A stretch of DNA of 61,987 nucleotides from Eubacteriales bacterium (lineage in GTDB: Bacteria > Bacillota > Clostridia > Oscillospirales > CAG-272), in the NCBI GenBank assembly GCA_045533775.1, contig JAZSIK010000054.1:1-61987 (forward strand), read 5' to 3'. Of this stretch, positions 32,579 to 41,446 are shown one piece after another. The first letter of the stretch is position 1, and every line of letters starts with the position of its first letter. A model generated the notes under the pieces. It saw only the letters and a list, made by a program, of their open reading frames with translations. It did no database searches and was not told where the DNA came from. A program made the position numbers and the translations under genes.

Positions 32579-34657
32579 ATGAACAGAAGCTGGGCGTTGG
32601 TATTATTTTTAACATATGCCGTTTTACTGATGCTGGTAATCACCTTTGGGTCGGAGATGTCGCTGGTGATGCGGGATGTGATAACCGAGGTTATACTTGA
32701 CTACGAGATTACCGATGTAAAAACGACCCTTGACCCGGGGGAGCCACTGACGGCGGGCAAGATCTACAAGCTGAACCCGAAGGCGGTGGGCAAGTTCAGC
32801 GAGGCGGGAGGACTACGCTTTGCCTCATCCAATACAACCGTACTATCGGTTGCCACCGACGGCACCATTACCACATCGGTAAGGTTTGAGGGACCCGAGA
32901 CCACCGCTGACATTATCATTACCTCCTCTCAGGACAAGGATTTCAGAAAGGTGATCAGTTTTAATATTAAGAAGGAGTACCCCTCTGACTTTTCCTGTTA
33001 CCACTACATAAAGGGCTATGATCTGAACAAGAGTCAGGTCTATGTGGGTATGACGGTGTACCCTTACGTTCTCACCCGCGACGGAACCTACGCCACGCGC
33101 GAGGAGTTTGTGGTGGAGTATGACGAGGAATACTTCCGCTATGACGAGGAGAGCCTCGGCTATGTTGCCATAAAGGAGACCCCGGCGGACAAGACCGTCT
33201 ACTTCAAGGTTAGCTATCCGAACGGCAAGAGCGCCAGGAGCGAGAGCTTTTCCATAATTCCCTATGTGCAGGTGGACTCCTTTGACCAGGTGAAGATACT
33301 GGAGAAGGATGCCGAGGAGGTTATCCTCATACGCAACAATGTATTTATACCTTACTTATATAAAGACGGCAAGACGGTGCAGACCAAGGTGGATATCAGC
33401 TTCTCGGATCCCGACCGAGTGATAATGACGAGAACGGGCAGATATTATTTCACCAAGACGGGCGACTATCAGATAACCTTTACCCTGCCGAACGGCTTTT
33501 CTAAGACGGTGACGGTCAAGGTAAGAAATAAGCTGTTCCTGCCTACTCCCAACGACACCGTAATAGCCGACTCAAAGGAGATCGCAGCCTACACCAACAA
33601 GGTGGTGAATGTTCCATTTCTCTTTGACGATACCGCCAGCTTTACCGATGTGACATATGAATACGACGAGGAAATGCTTGAGCTTACGCCCTACCGACGC
33701 AGTTTTTCCTTATTGGGTAAAAAGACGGGCACAACCACCATAAAGCTTATTATTGACGACGGATATGACCGTCTGGAGCAGGAATATACCATTGATATAA
33801 CCAAAATCGTCACCGAGGACCGTGTGGTTATGGGAAACGTGACCCAGTTTGTTGCCAAGATTCTGGGTCATCTCGGACTCTTCGGTCTGCTGGGTATCCT
33901 GGGATATAATTACTTCAGATTTATTTTCATTAAAAAGCGACTGCTCAGAATAGCTCTGATGCTTGCCCTCGGTCTGCCCTGGGCATTTGCCAGCGAGTTT
34001 TTCCAGCTGTTTATGGAGGGACGCGGCGCAAAGCTTTCGGATGTGCTGATAGATATATGCGGATATGCTCTCGGTCTGCTCTTTGGCTACCTGTTTATCA
34101 GGCTGACGGACAGACGGGCAAAGAGGGTGTTCCTCTGGTCGGCGATTGATATAAACGACAGCACCGAGGCTCTGGCAGAAAAGGTGCGACTGGTGTGCGA
34201 GGAGCTTGGGGTAGAAAACCCTGCCCTCAGCCTGCCGATGCATAGCTCGCTGAAGATCTCCGACAGGATAAAGACGAGGAGTCTGCCCCGCGCGGTAGAG
34301 AAAATAACGGCTAAGCTCTCGCAGCTGCCGACATGCGAGCTTCTGCCCGAGTGCATTGAGAGGCGCGACGGAATTGTATGGATAAGGTACAAAGAGAGCG
34401 AGCAGCTCAGCCTGATCCATCAGTGGATGGTAGATCTTTACCTGGGTCAGTGCGGTGTTATGCCCCACGAGCTTGACGGCGAGTTTATCTTCCACACCAC
34501 CCTCTTTGTAGGCGAGGCGGCAGAGGCAGAAAGGGTGTACGATGCTCTGAAGGACGAGCCCCTGCCCGAGAGTATTTCCGCTGAGAGCTATGTTCTCGGC
34601 GTGTCCGAGAGCGGACTTGCGGGAGAGTATAGAGTAATAAAGAATATTAGGAGATAA
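32579..34657 (+). CDS. Multidomain membrane protein: N-terminal extracytoplasmic beta-rich (Ig-like) region, VanZ-like TM domain, C-terminal 2H-phosphoesterase-like domain
   Basis: N-terminal TM. VanZ-like FVAKILGHLGLFGLLG...SEFFQLFMEGRGAKLSDVLIDICGY. Two H-x-[ST]-x motifs (PMHSSLKI, IFHTTLFV) in the last 190 aa. Confidence 0.55.
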   Translation: MNRSWALVLFLTYAVLLMLVITFGSEMSLVMRDVITEVILDYEITDVKTTLDPGEPLTAGKIYKLNPKAVGKFSEAGGLRFASSNTTVLSVATDGTITTSVRFEGPETTADIIITSSQDKDFRKVISFNIKKEYPSDFSCYHYIKGYDLNKSQVYVGMTVYPYVLTRDGTYATREEFVVEYDEEYFRYDEESLGYVAIKETPADKTVYFKVSYPNGKSARSESFSIIPYVQVDSFDQVKILEKDAEEVILIRNNVFIPYLYKDGKTVQTKVDISFSDPDRVIMTRTGRYYFTKTGDYQITFTLPNGFSKTVTVKVRNKLFLPTPNDTVIADSKEIAAYTNKVVNVPFLFDDTASFTDVTYEYDEEMLELTPYRRSFSLLGKKTGTTTIKLIIDDGYDRLEQEYTIDITKIVTEDRVVMGNVTQFVAKILGHLGLFGLLGILGYNYFRFIFIKKRLLRIALMLALGLPWAFASEFFQLFMEGRGAKLSDVLIDICGYALGLLFGYLFIRLTDRRAKRVFLWSAIDINDSTEALAEKVRLVCEELGVENPALSLPMHSSLKISDRIKTRSLPRAVEKITAKLSQLPTCELLPECIERRDGIVWIRYKESEQLSLIHQWMVDLYLGQCGVMPHELDGEFIFHTTLFVGEAAEAERVYDALKDEPLPESISAESYVLGVSESGLAGEYRVIKNIRR

Positions 34658-34660
34658 AAA

Positions 34661-35047
34661 ATGGACGACGCTTTACTTTGGGGATTAATAATTTTTGGGG
34701 TGATGATAGCGGTTATTGTCATCTGCGTAGTATGGGATCTTAAGAAAAACAAGGCAAAATACGACAAAGCAGCCGAGGAGCATATTGAAAAGACCTTCTC
34801 CGAGGAGGCAGAGGTCGTAAGCTTTCACGCCGAGATAACCGATATGATCTGCGGCACAGGTATGGTCGGCAGCTACCGCCTGCCCAAGAGCGAAAAGACC
34901 TTCCTCGTCATATTTAAGAGCGACGAGGGCGAGATCACCGAGCTGCGCGTCAGCGAGGAAATGTACAGCTCGCTGGAGATCGGTATGCGCGGCAAACTTA
35001 CTATTCTGGAGGGCCACCTTGACAGCTTTGAGCTGGATGAGGAGTAA
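34661..35047 (+). CDS. Small membrane-anchored protein (DUF2500-like)
   Basis: N-terminal TM LLWGLIIFGVMIAVIVICVV, then a beta-rich soluble part. Confidence 0.45.
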   Translation: MDDALLWGLIIFGVMIAVIVICVVWDLKKNKAKYDKAAEEHIEKTFSEEAEVVSFHAEITDMICGTGMVGSYRLPKSEKTFLVIFKSDEGEITELRVSEEMYSSLEIGMRGKLTILEGHLDSFELDEE

Positions 35048-35440
35048 GACTTTTTTATCAGTAATCATTTATTTTGTAAAGGGGTTGATCTTATCATCTG
35101 GTTTCTCATTTTAATAGCAGTTGTTGTCGCACTTATTTACTGTGGCAAGGAGTATGTAACAAAAAAGCGTACAGACTTTGTATCAAAGCACAGTGCAGAT
35201 AAAGCGCAAAATAATGCTAAACTTCGGAACTCAAATTACACTGCAATCAAAACAAAAAGATTACTCAATTACAAGGAAAGATTAGCCACGCATACTGATT
35301 CAATTCAAATTGAAGGGTATAATTCCTCAACTCGCTTAATTGAGTATAGTTGCATAAATTGTCATAACATTTGGTTTGAACCACCGAAATCAGATGACCA
35401 ACATAACTCTTTCATATGCCCAAAATGCAAAAACAAATGA
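35048..35440 (+). pseudogene. Open frame of 130 codons without any in-frame ATG/GTG/TTG (TM helix plus zinc ribbon), in frame with the upstream stop
   Basis: I read every codon from 35048 to TGA 35438-35440. There is no stop and no canonical start. It encodes LIIWFLILIAVVVALIY and CINCHN...CPKCKN. AT-rich relative to its neighbours. Not in the ORF track. Confidence 0.5.
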
Positions 35441-35473
35441 AATAATAAAAATTACATACAAGGAGAAAAAATT

Positions 35474-37129
35474 ATGAGCAAGAAGACTACCTGGTACAAG
35501 GATATGGTGTTTTACCAGATCTGGCCGAGATCCTTTAAGGACGGAAACGGCGACGGTATGGGTGACCTGTACGGCGTGTACGAAAAGCTGGATTACATTA
35601 AGTCGCTGGGATGCGACGGCATCTGGTTCTCTCCCCTCTACCCCTCCCCCGGAGTAGACTGCGGCTATGACATCTCCGACTATATGGATATAGCGGAGGA
35701 GTTCGGCGGTATGGACGCCTTTCAGAAGGTGCTTGACGGCGCTCACGAGAGAGGTATGAAGGTTATTATGGACCTGGTTGTAAACCACACCTCCACCGAG
35801 CACGAGTGGTTCAAGAAGAGCCGTCAGCGCATTGAGCCCTACACCGACTACTATATCTGGAGACCTGCCAAGAACGGCAAGCTGCCCAATAACTGGGACT
35901 CTCTCTTTGAGGGCAAGGCGTGGCAATGGGACGAGGTAAGACAGGAATACTATATGCACCTCTTTGCTATCCAGCAGGCAGATCTGAATATGGACAACCC
36001 TCTCGTGCGCGAGGAGGTAAAGAAGATCCTTAAGTTCTGGCTTGACCGCGGTGTTGACGGCTTCAGAGAGGACGTAATCACCTTTATTTCCAAGCCCGAG
36101 GGTCTGCCAAACGACCGACTGCTGCCCTTCTCCAAGGGTATCTTTATGTTCAACCACGGTCCCCATCTCTACGAGTATCTTGACGAGTTCAAGCGCGACG
36201 TTTTCTCAAAGTACGACTGTATGACTCTGGCAGAGTCGCCTATGGTTACACCCAAGAAGGCACTGGAGTACATCACCGAGGACGACACTCAGGTGCTGGA
36301 TATGATGATCCAGTTCCAGACACAGGAGGCAGACTGCTTCTTCACCGACTTCCGTCATCTGCCCTTCAATCTGCGCAAGATGAAAAAGGCGTTCTCCCGC
36401 TGGCAGGAGGGCATTAACGGCAAGGGCTGGAATATGCTCTACATTGAAAACCACGACCATCCCAGAATGGTATCCCGTTACGGCAGCGAGGCATTCCAGA
36501 AGGAGAGCGCAAAGATGCTCTGCGCCATGTATATGTTCCAGAGCGGCACTCCCTTTGTATATCAGGGTCAGGAGATCGGCATGATCAACTGGCGTCCTGA
36601 GAGAGCCGATATGTACGAGGATGTACAGACCAGATGGCAGTACAACAATGTGGGAACAGGAAAGCCCGAGCAAAAGCGCCTTGAGGTGCTGTGGAATGGC
36701 TCCCGTGACTCTGCCCGTACCCCTGTGCAGTGGTCGGCTGAGGAGAACGCAGGCTTTACCACCGGCACGCCCTGGTTCTATGTCAACGAAAACTACAAGA
36801 AGATCAATGTGGCAGATCAGGAGGGTGATCCCGACTCTGTACTCAACTTCTACCGCAAGACCATAAAGCTGCGTAAGACTCTCTCGGCGGTAAGATACGG
36901 CGACTACAAGGAGCACTTCAAGGGCTCGGACAAGCTCTACGCCTACTCCCGCGAGGACAAGAGACAGAGGCTGCTTGTGCTATGCTCCTTCTCCGACAAG
37001 GAAATGAAGCTTAAGGCACCCGCCGGCTTTGATATGGAAAAGGCACAGCTTATGCTCTCAAACTACAAGGACGAAACGACCACCACCCTCCGTCCCTACG
37101 AGGTAAAGGTGTATATGTGGAATAAGTAA
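35474..37129 (+). CDS. GH13 alpha-glucosidase / oligo-1,6-glucosidase
   Basis: WYKDMVFYQIWPRSFKDGNGDGMGDL, DLVVNHTS, GVDGFREDV and ENHDHPR. Confidence 0.92.
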   Translation: MSKKTTWYKDMVFYQIWPRSFKDGNGDGMGDLYGVYEKLDYIKSLGCDGIWFSPLYPSPGVDCGYDISDYMDIAEEFGGMDAFQKVLDGAHERGMKVIMDLVVNHTSTEHEWFKKSRQRIEPYTDYYIWRPAKNGKLPNNWDSLFEGKAWQWDEVRQEYYMHLFAIQQADLNMDNPLVREEVKKILKFWLDRGVDGFREDVITFISKPEGLPNDRLLPFSKGIFMFNHGPHLYEYLDEFKRDVFSKYDCMTLAESPMVTPKKALEYITEDDTQVLDMMIQFQTQEADCFFTDFRHLPFNLRKMKKAFSRWQEGINGKGWNMLYIENHDHPRMVSRYGSEAFQKESAKMLCAMYMFQSGTPFVYQGQEIGMINWRPERADMYEDVQTRWQYNNVGTGKPEQKRLEVLWNGSRDSARTPVQWSAEENAGFTTGTPWFYVNENYKKINVADQEGDPDSVLNFYRKTIKLRKTLSAVRYGDYKEHFKGSDKLYAYSREDKRQRLLVLCSFSDKEMKLKAPAGFDMEKAQLMLSNYKDETTTTLRPYEVKVYMWNK

Positions 37130-37216
37130 ATTGCGCGACTGCAGAATAAAAAATGCAGAATTAATCTAACAACACCTCATCCGAGCTTTTCGGCTTGCCA
37201 AAAAGCCCACCTTCCC

Positions 37217-37225
37217 GGGGGGGGG
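37217..37225. repeat. G9 homopolymer inside a hairpin
   Basis: Hairpin ccttccc-gggggg-gggaagg at 37210-37229, which is 55 nt upstream of the APH-like gene start. Confidence 0.8.
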
Positions 37226-37279
37226 AAGGCTTTAGAATGACAAACTATGTTTCAAGAGTGAATGCAAAATTGATTAATT

Positions 37280-38092
37280 ATGAAAAAAACGAAAATTGAA
37301 AGAATACCGATTGAGCTGCCGGGGGAGATACTGGCGGTTTGTCGCGGAGCTGAGATTTTTGACAGCTCCTGCTCACCCGAGGCGAAGGTGTATTTTATAG
37401 ACTCGGGCGAGGGATATTATCTGAAGTCTGCCGCCGCCGGAACACTACGGCGGGAGTGGGAGATGACGGAATATTTCCACAAGAAGGGTCTGGGCACAGA
37501 GCCGCTCTGCTACCTGTCCGGCGATGGAGATCTGCTCCTTACGCGAGCGGTGGCGGGAGATGACTGTACAACTGCCCGTTACCTTGAGGATCCCCGCCGC
37601 CTGTGTGACACCGTTGCCGAAAGGCTGAGAATGCTGCACGAGCTGAATGCCTCGGACTGTCCCGTTTGCGACAGGGTGGGCGAGTATCTCAGGCTCGCCG
37701 AGGCAAACTATCTCTCGGACAACTATAACAAGGAGCATTTTCCCGACTCCTTTGGCTACAGATCGGGAGAGGAGGCATACGGTGTGCTGACGGGGGGCGG
37801 GCATCTCTTAAAAAACGAGGTGCTTATCCACGGCGACTACTGTCTGCCGAACATAATGCTATATAATTGGGACTTCAGCGGCTTTATTGACGTGGACCAC
37901 GCCGGACTTGGAGATCGGCACATAGATCTGTTCTGGGGCGAGTGGTCAATGAGATTTAATCTGATGATGCACGGCAAAATGGCAGAGGGCGAGGCAGACA
38001 GATATGCCGCCCGATTCCTTGATGCTTACGGCAGAGAAAAAATTGATAAGGAGATGCTCCGCATTGTTGCGGCAGCAGAGGTATTTGGCTGA
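37280..38092 (+). CDS. Aminoglycoside phosphotransferase family protein (APH(3')-like)
   Basis: LIHGDYCLPNIML...GFIDVDHAGLGDRHIDL matches the APH catalytic and Mg-binding motifs. Confidence 0.8.
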   Translation: MKKTKIERIPIELPGEILAVCRGAEIFDSSCSPEAKVYFIDSGEGYYLKSAAAGTLRREWEMTEYFHKKGLGTEPLCYLSGDGDLLLTRAVAGDDCTTARYLEDPRRLCDTVAERLRMLHELNASDCPVCDRVGEYLRLAEANYLSDNYNKEHFPDSFGYRSGEEAYGVLTGGGHLLKNEVLIHGDYCLPNIMLYNWDFSGFIDVDHAGLGDRHIDLFWGEWSMRFNLMMHGKMAEGEADRYAARFLDAYGREKIDKEMLRIVAAAEVFG

Positions 38093-39093
38093 TGAAGGCA
38101 ATTAAGATTTTGGTCAGCATATTGCTGATCCTGGCGGTGTTTATTACGGTGATAAACATTATTCCGCCGAAAAAGAACGAGAACAACCCATTTATCGTAG
38201 GCGAGGGAGATCTGCCTATGATAGCCGCCCACCGCGGCGGTGGTGAAAACAACCCCGAGAACACTATGCTCGCCTTTCGTCAGGCGGTGCTGACCTATGG
38301 GGTGGACATTATTGAGAGCGATCTCTATCTGACAAAGGACGGTCATCTGGTGTACAACCACGACGCCTATATTGACAGAACATCAAACGTAAACGGCGAC
38401 ATATCCTTTAAGGAAGCGAAGGAGCTGTACAGTAACACCGAAAACCGCCATTACATCAGGGATATGACCCTTGATGAGCTGAGGCAATACAACTTCGGCT
38501 ACTATTTTGAGGACGAGAGCGGCGAGCGTATCTACAAGGACAGCACCGACATTGCCCAAGAAGGCATAGGAATAGCCACCTGCGAGGAGCTTTTTGCCGA
38601 GTTCTATGAGAGTCATCCCGATCTGCTCTTTATCGTGGAGATAAAGGACAAGGGCGAGCGCGGTATCACTGCGGTGGAGAAGCTCTGCGAGATACTTGAC
38701 AAATACCAAAATTACCGCGACAATATCGTAATTGGCACCTTCCACCCCGAGATTGAGGATTATCTGGCAAGCGAGCATCCCGATCTGATGCGCGGCGCGT
38801 CAACCAAGGGTGCGGCGCAGTTCATACTGACCCACTTTGCAGGGGTCAACCTCTTTGACAACAGCAGCTTCAGCTGTCTGCAGATACCTATGGAGTACGA
38901 TCTGGGCATTATCGTGCCGCTGGACCTAAGCTCCATAATCTCCCGCGCTCATCTGAGGGGCATTGCGGTGCAGTACTGGACCATCAACGACGAGAGCGAG
39001 ATGAGACATCTCATTGACCTGGGATGCGACTGTATTATGACAGACAACCCCGCACTTCTGCGCGAGGTAATAGAGGATTATAAGGCAAAATAA
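38092..39093 (+). CDS. Glycerophosphodiester phosphodiesterase with an N-terminal membrane anchor
   Basis: AAHRGGGENNPENTMLAF, ESDLYLTKDGHLV..HD. The ATG overlaps the upstream stop (TGATG). Confidence 0.88.
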   Translation: MKAIKILVSILLILAVFITVINIIPPKKNENNPFIVGEGDLPMIAAHRGGGENNPENTMLAFRQAVLTYGVDIIESDLYLTKDGHLVYNHDAYIDRTSNVNGDISFKEAKELYSNTENRHYIRDMTLDELRQYNFGYYFEDESGERIYKDSTDIAQEGIGIATCEELFAEFYESHPDLLFIVEIKDKGERGITAVEKLCEILDKYQNYRDNIVIGTFHPEIEDYLASEHPDLMRGASTKGAAQFILTHFAGVNLFDNSSFSCLQIPMEYDLGIIVPLDLSSIISRAHLRGIAVQYWTINDESEMRHLIDLGCDCIMTDNPALLREVIEDYKAK

Positions 39094-39167
39094 GGGTGTT
39101 TTGCACACTTTACTTTGCATTTTGTACAAAATACGCCTTTTTTCAGGCACAAAGGAGCTTTAGAAAA

Positions 39168-39689
39168 ATGAAAAGCTGTATGGAAACTATGCTCTCAAGA
39201 AGGAGCACAAAGAAGTATACCGACGCTATGCCAAAAAAAGAGGACCTTGACAGGATCATTGAAGCGGGTCTCTTTGCGGCAAGCGGAAGAAATATGCAAT
39301 CCCCCGTTATCATAGCGGTGACAAACAGAGAGATACGCGACAGACTCTCCCGCGATAATGCGGCGATTATGGGAGCTGCGGGCGATCCCTTCTACAACGC
39401 GCCCTGTGTTTTGGTAGTGCTGGCGGATAAAAGAGCGCATACCTATGTGTACGACGGCTCGCTCTCGCTGGGCAATATGATGCTGGCGGCAGAGGAGCTG
39501 GGGCTTGGCAGCTGCTGGATACACAGAGCAAAAGAGGTTATGGCGCAGCCCCATTGGGTTGAATGGATAAAGTCCCTCGGCCTTGAGGGTGAGTACGAGG
39601 GCATAGGCAACCTGGTGGTGGGCTATGCTGACGGTGATTTCTCGGCTATGAAGCCCCGTCGCGACGGACGGGTCGTGTGGGTGGAGTGA
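39168..39689 (+). CDS. Nitroreductase family protein
   Basis: LSRRSTKKYTD, ASGRNMQSP, GLGSCWI. ATG 39168 with SD aaggag. Confidence 0.85.
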   Translation: MKSCMETMLSRRSTKKYTDAMPKKEDLDRIIEAGLFAASGRNMQSPVIIAVTNREIRDRLSRDNAAIMGAAGDPFYNAPCVLVVLADKRAHTYVYDGSLSLGNMMLAAEELGLGSCWIHRAKEVMAQPHWVEWIKSLGLEGEYEGIGNLVVGYADGDFSAMKPRRDGRVVWVE

Positions 39690-39690
39690 T

Positions 39691-40194
39691 ATGGAAAGCT
39701 ACATTCTGAACAGACGGTCTGTACGCAAATACAAGGATACGCCCGTGGCAAGAGAGGTTATTGAGAAGCTTCTTGAGGCGGCGTGCGCCGCGCCCAGCGC
39801 CTGCAACCGCAGACCTGTGGACTTTTATGTAGTGACAGGAGAGGAAAAGCTGTCGGAGCTTTCTCAGTGCGGCAGATTTACCAGGTTCAAGTCACCGCTG
39901 ATCATAGTGGTGGTGGGAAACCTAAGTCGCGCCCTGCCCCTCGGTCTTGCTGACTACTGGATCCACGACGCCGCAGCGGCAAGCGAGAATATTCTGCTCC
40001 AGGCGACATCCCTGGGTCTTGGCAGCTGCTGGTGCGGAGTGCATCCGCAGAAAAGGATGATGGACAAGGTAGCTAAGTGCCTCGGTCTTTCTGACAAGCA
40101 GATACCCTTCTCGCTGATAAAGCTGGGCTATCCCGACGAGAGCCCAAAGCCTCACTCGGGCTATGAGGAAAAGCGGGTGTTCTTTGTAGACTAA
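39691..40194 (+). CDS. Nitroreductase family protein
   Basis: LNRRSVRKYKD, APSACNRRP, GLGSCWCG. Confidence 0.85.
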   Translation: MESYILNRRSVRKYKDTPVAREVIEKLLEAACAAPSACNRRPVDFYVVTGEEKLSELSQCGRFTRFKSPLIIVVVGNLSRALPLGLADYWIHDAAAASENILLQATSLGLGSCWCGVHPQKRMMDKVAKCLGLSDKQIPFSLIKLGYPDESPKPHSGYEEKRVFFVD

Positions 40195-40236
40195 GTCGGC
40201 TTTTGGTAAACCAAAGCAGGTTTTTTCATAAAACAA

Positions 40237-40281
40237 AAAAGAGCAAAGCTCAGGGAAAATCCTTGATTTTGCTCTTTTTTT
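40237..40281. terminator. Bidirectional terminator between convergent genes
   Basis: Stem aaagagcaaa / tttgctcttt. A-run before it and a T8 run after it. Confidence 0.75.
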
Positions 40282-40300
40282 TAGCCTTAGACGATGGGCA

Positions 40301-40804
40301 TTATTTCAGCCTTGCCCTGTCAACCTGGGTCAGCGGAAGGACAAAGCCCTTCGGGTCGGCAGAACAGATGTCGCAGGCGACGATTTTGCCGCGGTAGACA
40401 AAGAGGTTGGCGTACACCTCGCCCTCTGAGTCGTAGTTTGTCACAAGGTAGGTGTAGCGGGTGACTCTTTTGTTCTTGTATTTCAAGAGGTCAAGCCCCT
40501 GCCTTTTCTGTAGCTCGTTGTAGCCCAGGATAACGCGATCAAAGTCGCTCGGCATACTGAACTCACCCGACTGCTCCGAGCCCTCTGCCACCTCAATGCC
40601 AAATCTGTTTATAAAGGAGAGGCGATCCTCGGCAGTTTTTATGCCGCTGTAATCAATCTCACCGACCGAAGCCGATGCCAATACCGTGCTACCCTCTCCC
40701 GTCAGCACCACAACACCCACCAGCAGGGCAAACACCGCCAATATCACACCGAGCCGCAGCGTCTGCGCCCGAACAGAGTATATGAACATACATAACCTCC
40801 ACAT
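40301..40804 (-). CDS. DUF4830-like membrane-anchored protein
   Basis: N-terminal TM. IKTAEDRLSFINRFGIEV...GYNELQKRQGLDL...VTRYTY pattern. Possible later start at 40789. Confidence 0.7.
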   Translation of the reverse strand: MWRLCMFIYSVRAQTLRLGVILAVFALLVGVVVLTGEGSTVLASASVGEIDYSGIKTAEDRLSFINRFGIEVAEGSEQSGEFSMPSDFDRVILGYNELQKRQGLDLLKYKNKRVTRYTYLVTNYDSEGEVYANLFVYRGKIVACDICSADPKGFVLPLTQVDRARLK

Positions 40805-40921
40805 TTTTGTTTGTAGTAGATTATATTGCAGGCGGTAAGAAAAAATTACCGAATATGGATAATTGATGATGTAGAATGTAAAATTGATGTAGGGCGAGCA
40901 TTGCTCGTCCGAATACAGAAT

Positions 40922-40955
40922 AAAAAAATCAGCCCGCTCGGGTGGAGGGGCTGAT
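40922..40955 (-). terminator. Rho-independent terminator (minus strand)
   Basis: Stem atcagccc / gggctgat. The A7 run on the plus strand becomes a T-run after the hairpin on the minus strand. Confidence 0.7.
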
Positions 40956-40999
40956 GGAGAATGTTGTCACAAACTGTGCCATAACTGGCAATGACGGCG

Positions 41000-41262
41000 T
41001 TATAGCCAAAATATCAAAGCGTTAGTGATATTTGTATCATAAGTGCAAAGAGATTTTGAGATAGAATGTTCGTTTGCGACCGAAGGCGTAGTTATCTACG
41101 GCGAGTGTTCAGCAAGCGGACATTATAGCCAAAATATCAATGCGTTAGTGATATTTGTATCATAAGTGCGAAGAGATTTTGAGATAGAATGTTCGTTTGC
41201 GACCGAAGGCGTAGTTATCTACGGCGAGTGTTCAGCAAGCGGACATTATAGCCAAAATACGC
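41000..41262. repeat. 123-bp tandem direct repeat, 2 full copies plus about 17 bp
   Basis: Units start at 41000, 41123 and 41246. The two full copies differ at only 2 positions. Confidence 0.9.
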
Positions 41263-41271
41263 CATCAATGA

Positions 41272-41370
41272 TCAGTGGTTGCAGCAGCAGATGAACACCA
41301 CCACAATCGCCAGGATTATGATCCAGGTGCAGTTGTCATCAAAGATGTGGCATAAGCAGTTGTTATTCAT
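41272..41370 (-). CDS. Small Cys-rich membrane peptide (32 aa)
   Basis: MNNNCLCHIFDDNCTWIIILAIVVVFICCCNH, with ggagg upstream. Below the ORF-track cutoff and read directly from the sequence. Confidence 0.4.
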   Translation of the reverse strand: MNNNCLCHIFDDNCTWIIILAIVVVFICCCNH

Positions 41371-41446
41371 TTTTATGTTTTTCCTCCAAGGTCTTTTTTT
41401 GAGCTGGGCTCGTTATTATGTTATGCCCCAGAGGTGTTTTTGGTTA

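Noticed and set aside
35390-36916. Long minus-strand ORFs (35390-36166, 36206-36916) opposite the GH13 glucosidase. Similar cases: 26640-27185, 33710-34495, 45343-46146, 46672-47397, 47856-48755, 49960-50613, 54726-55460 and 56110-56970.
   Set aside because: GC-rich coding regions commonly leave the antisense frames open. In each case the sense-strand protein has strong family motifs, while the antisense product is Gly/Ala/Val/Leu-rich with no motifs.
37280-38092. APH(3')-like gene as a horizontally acquired resistance cassette
   Set aside because: Composition and codon style match the surrounding core genes by eye. There are no flanking repeats or mobility genes. The substrate cannot be inferred, so no resistance claim is made.
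41000-41262. Possible CRISPR array
   Set aside because: The 123-bp units are directly abutting and almost identical, with no unique spacers between short repeats. No cas genes are in the window. This is a plain tandem repeat.
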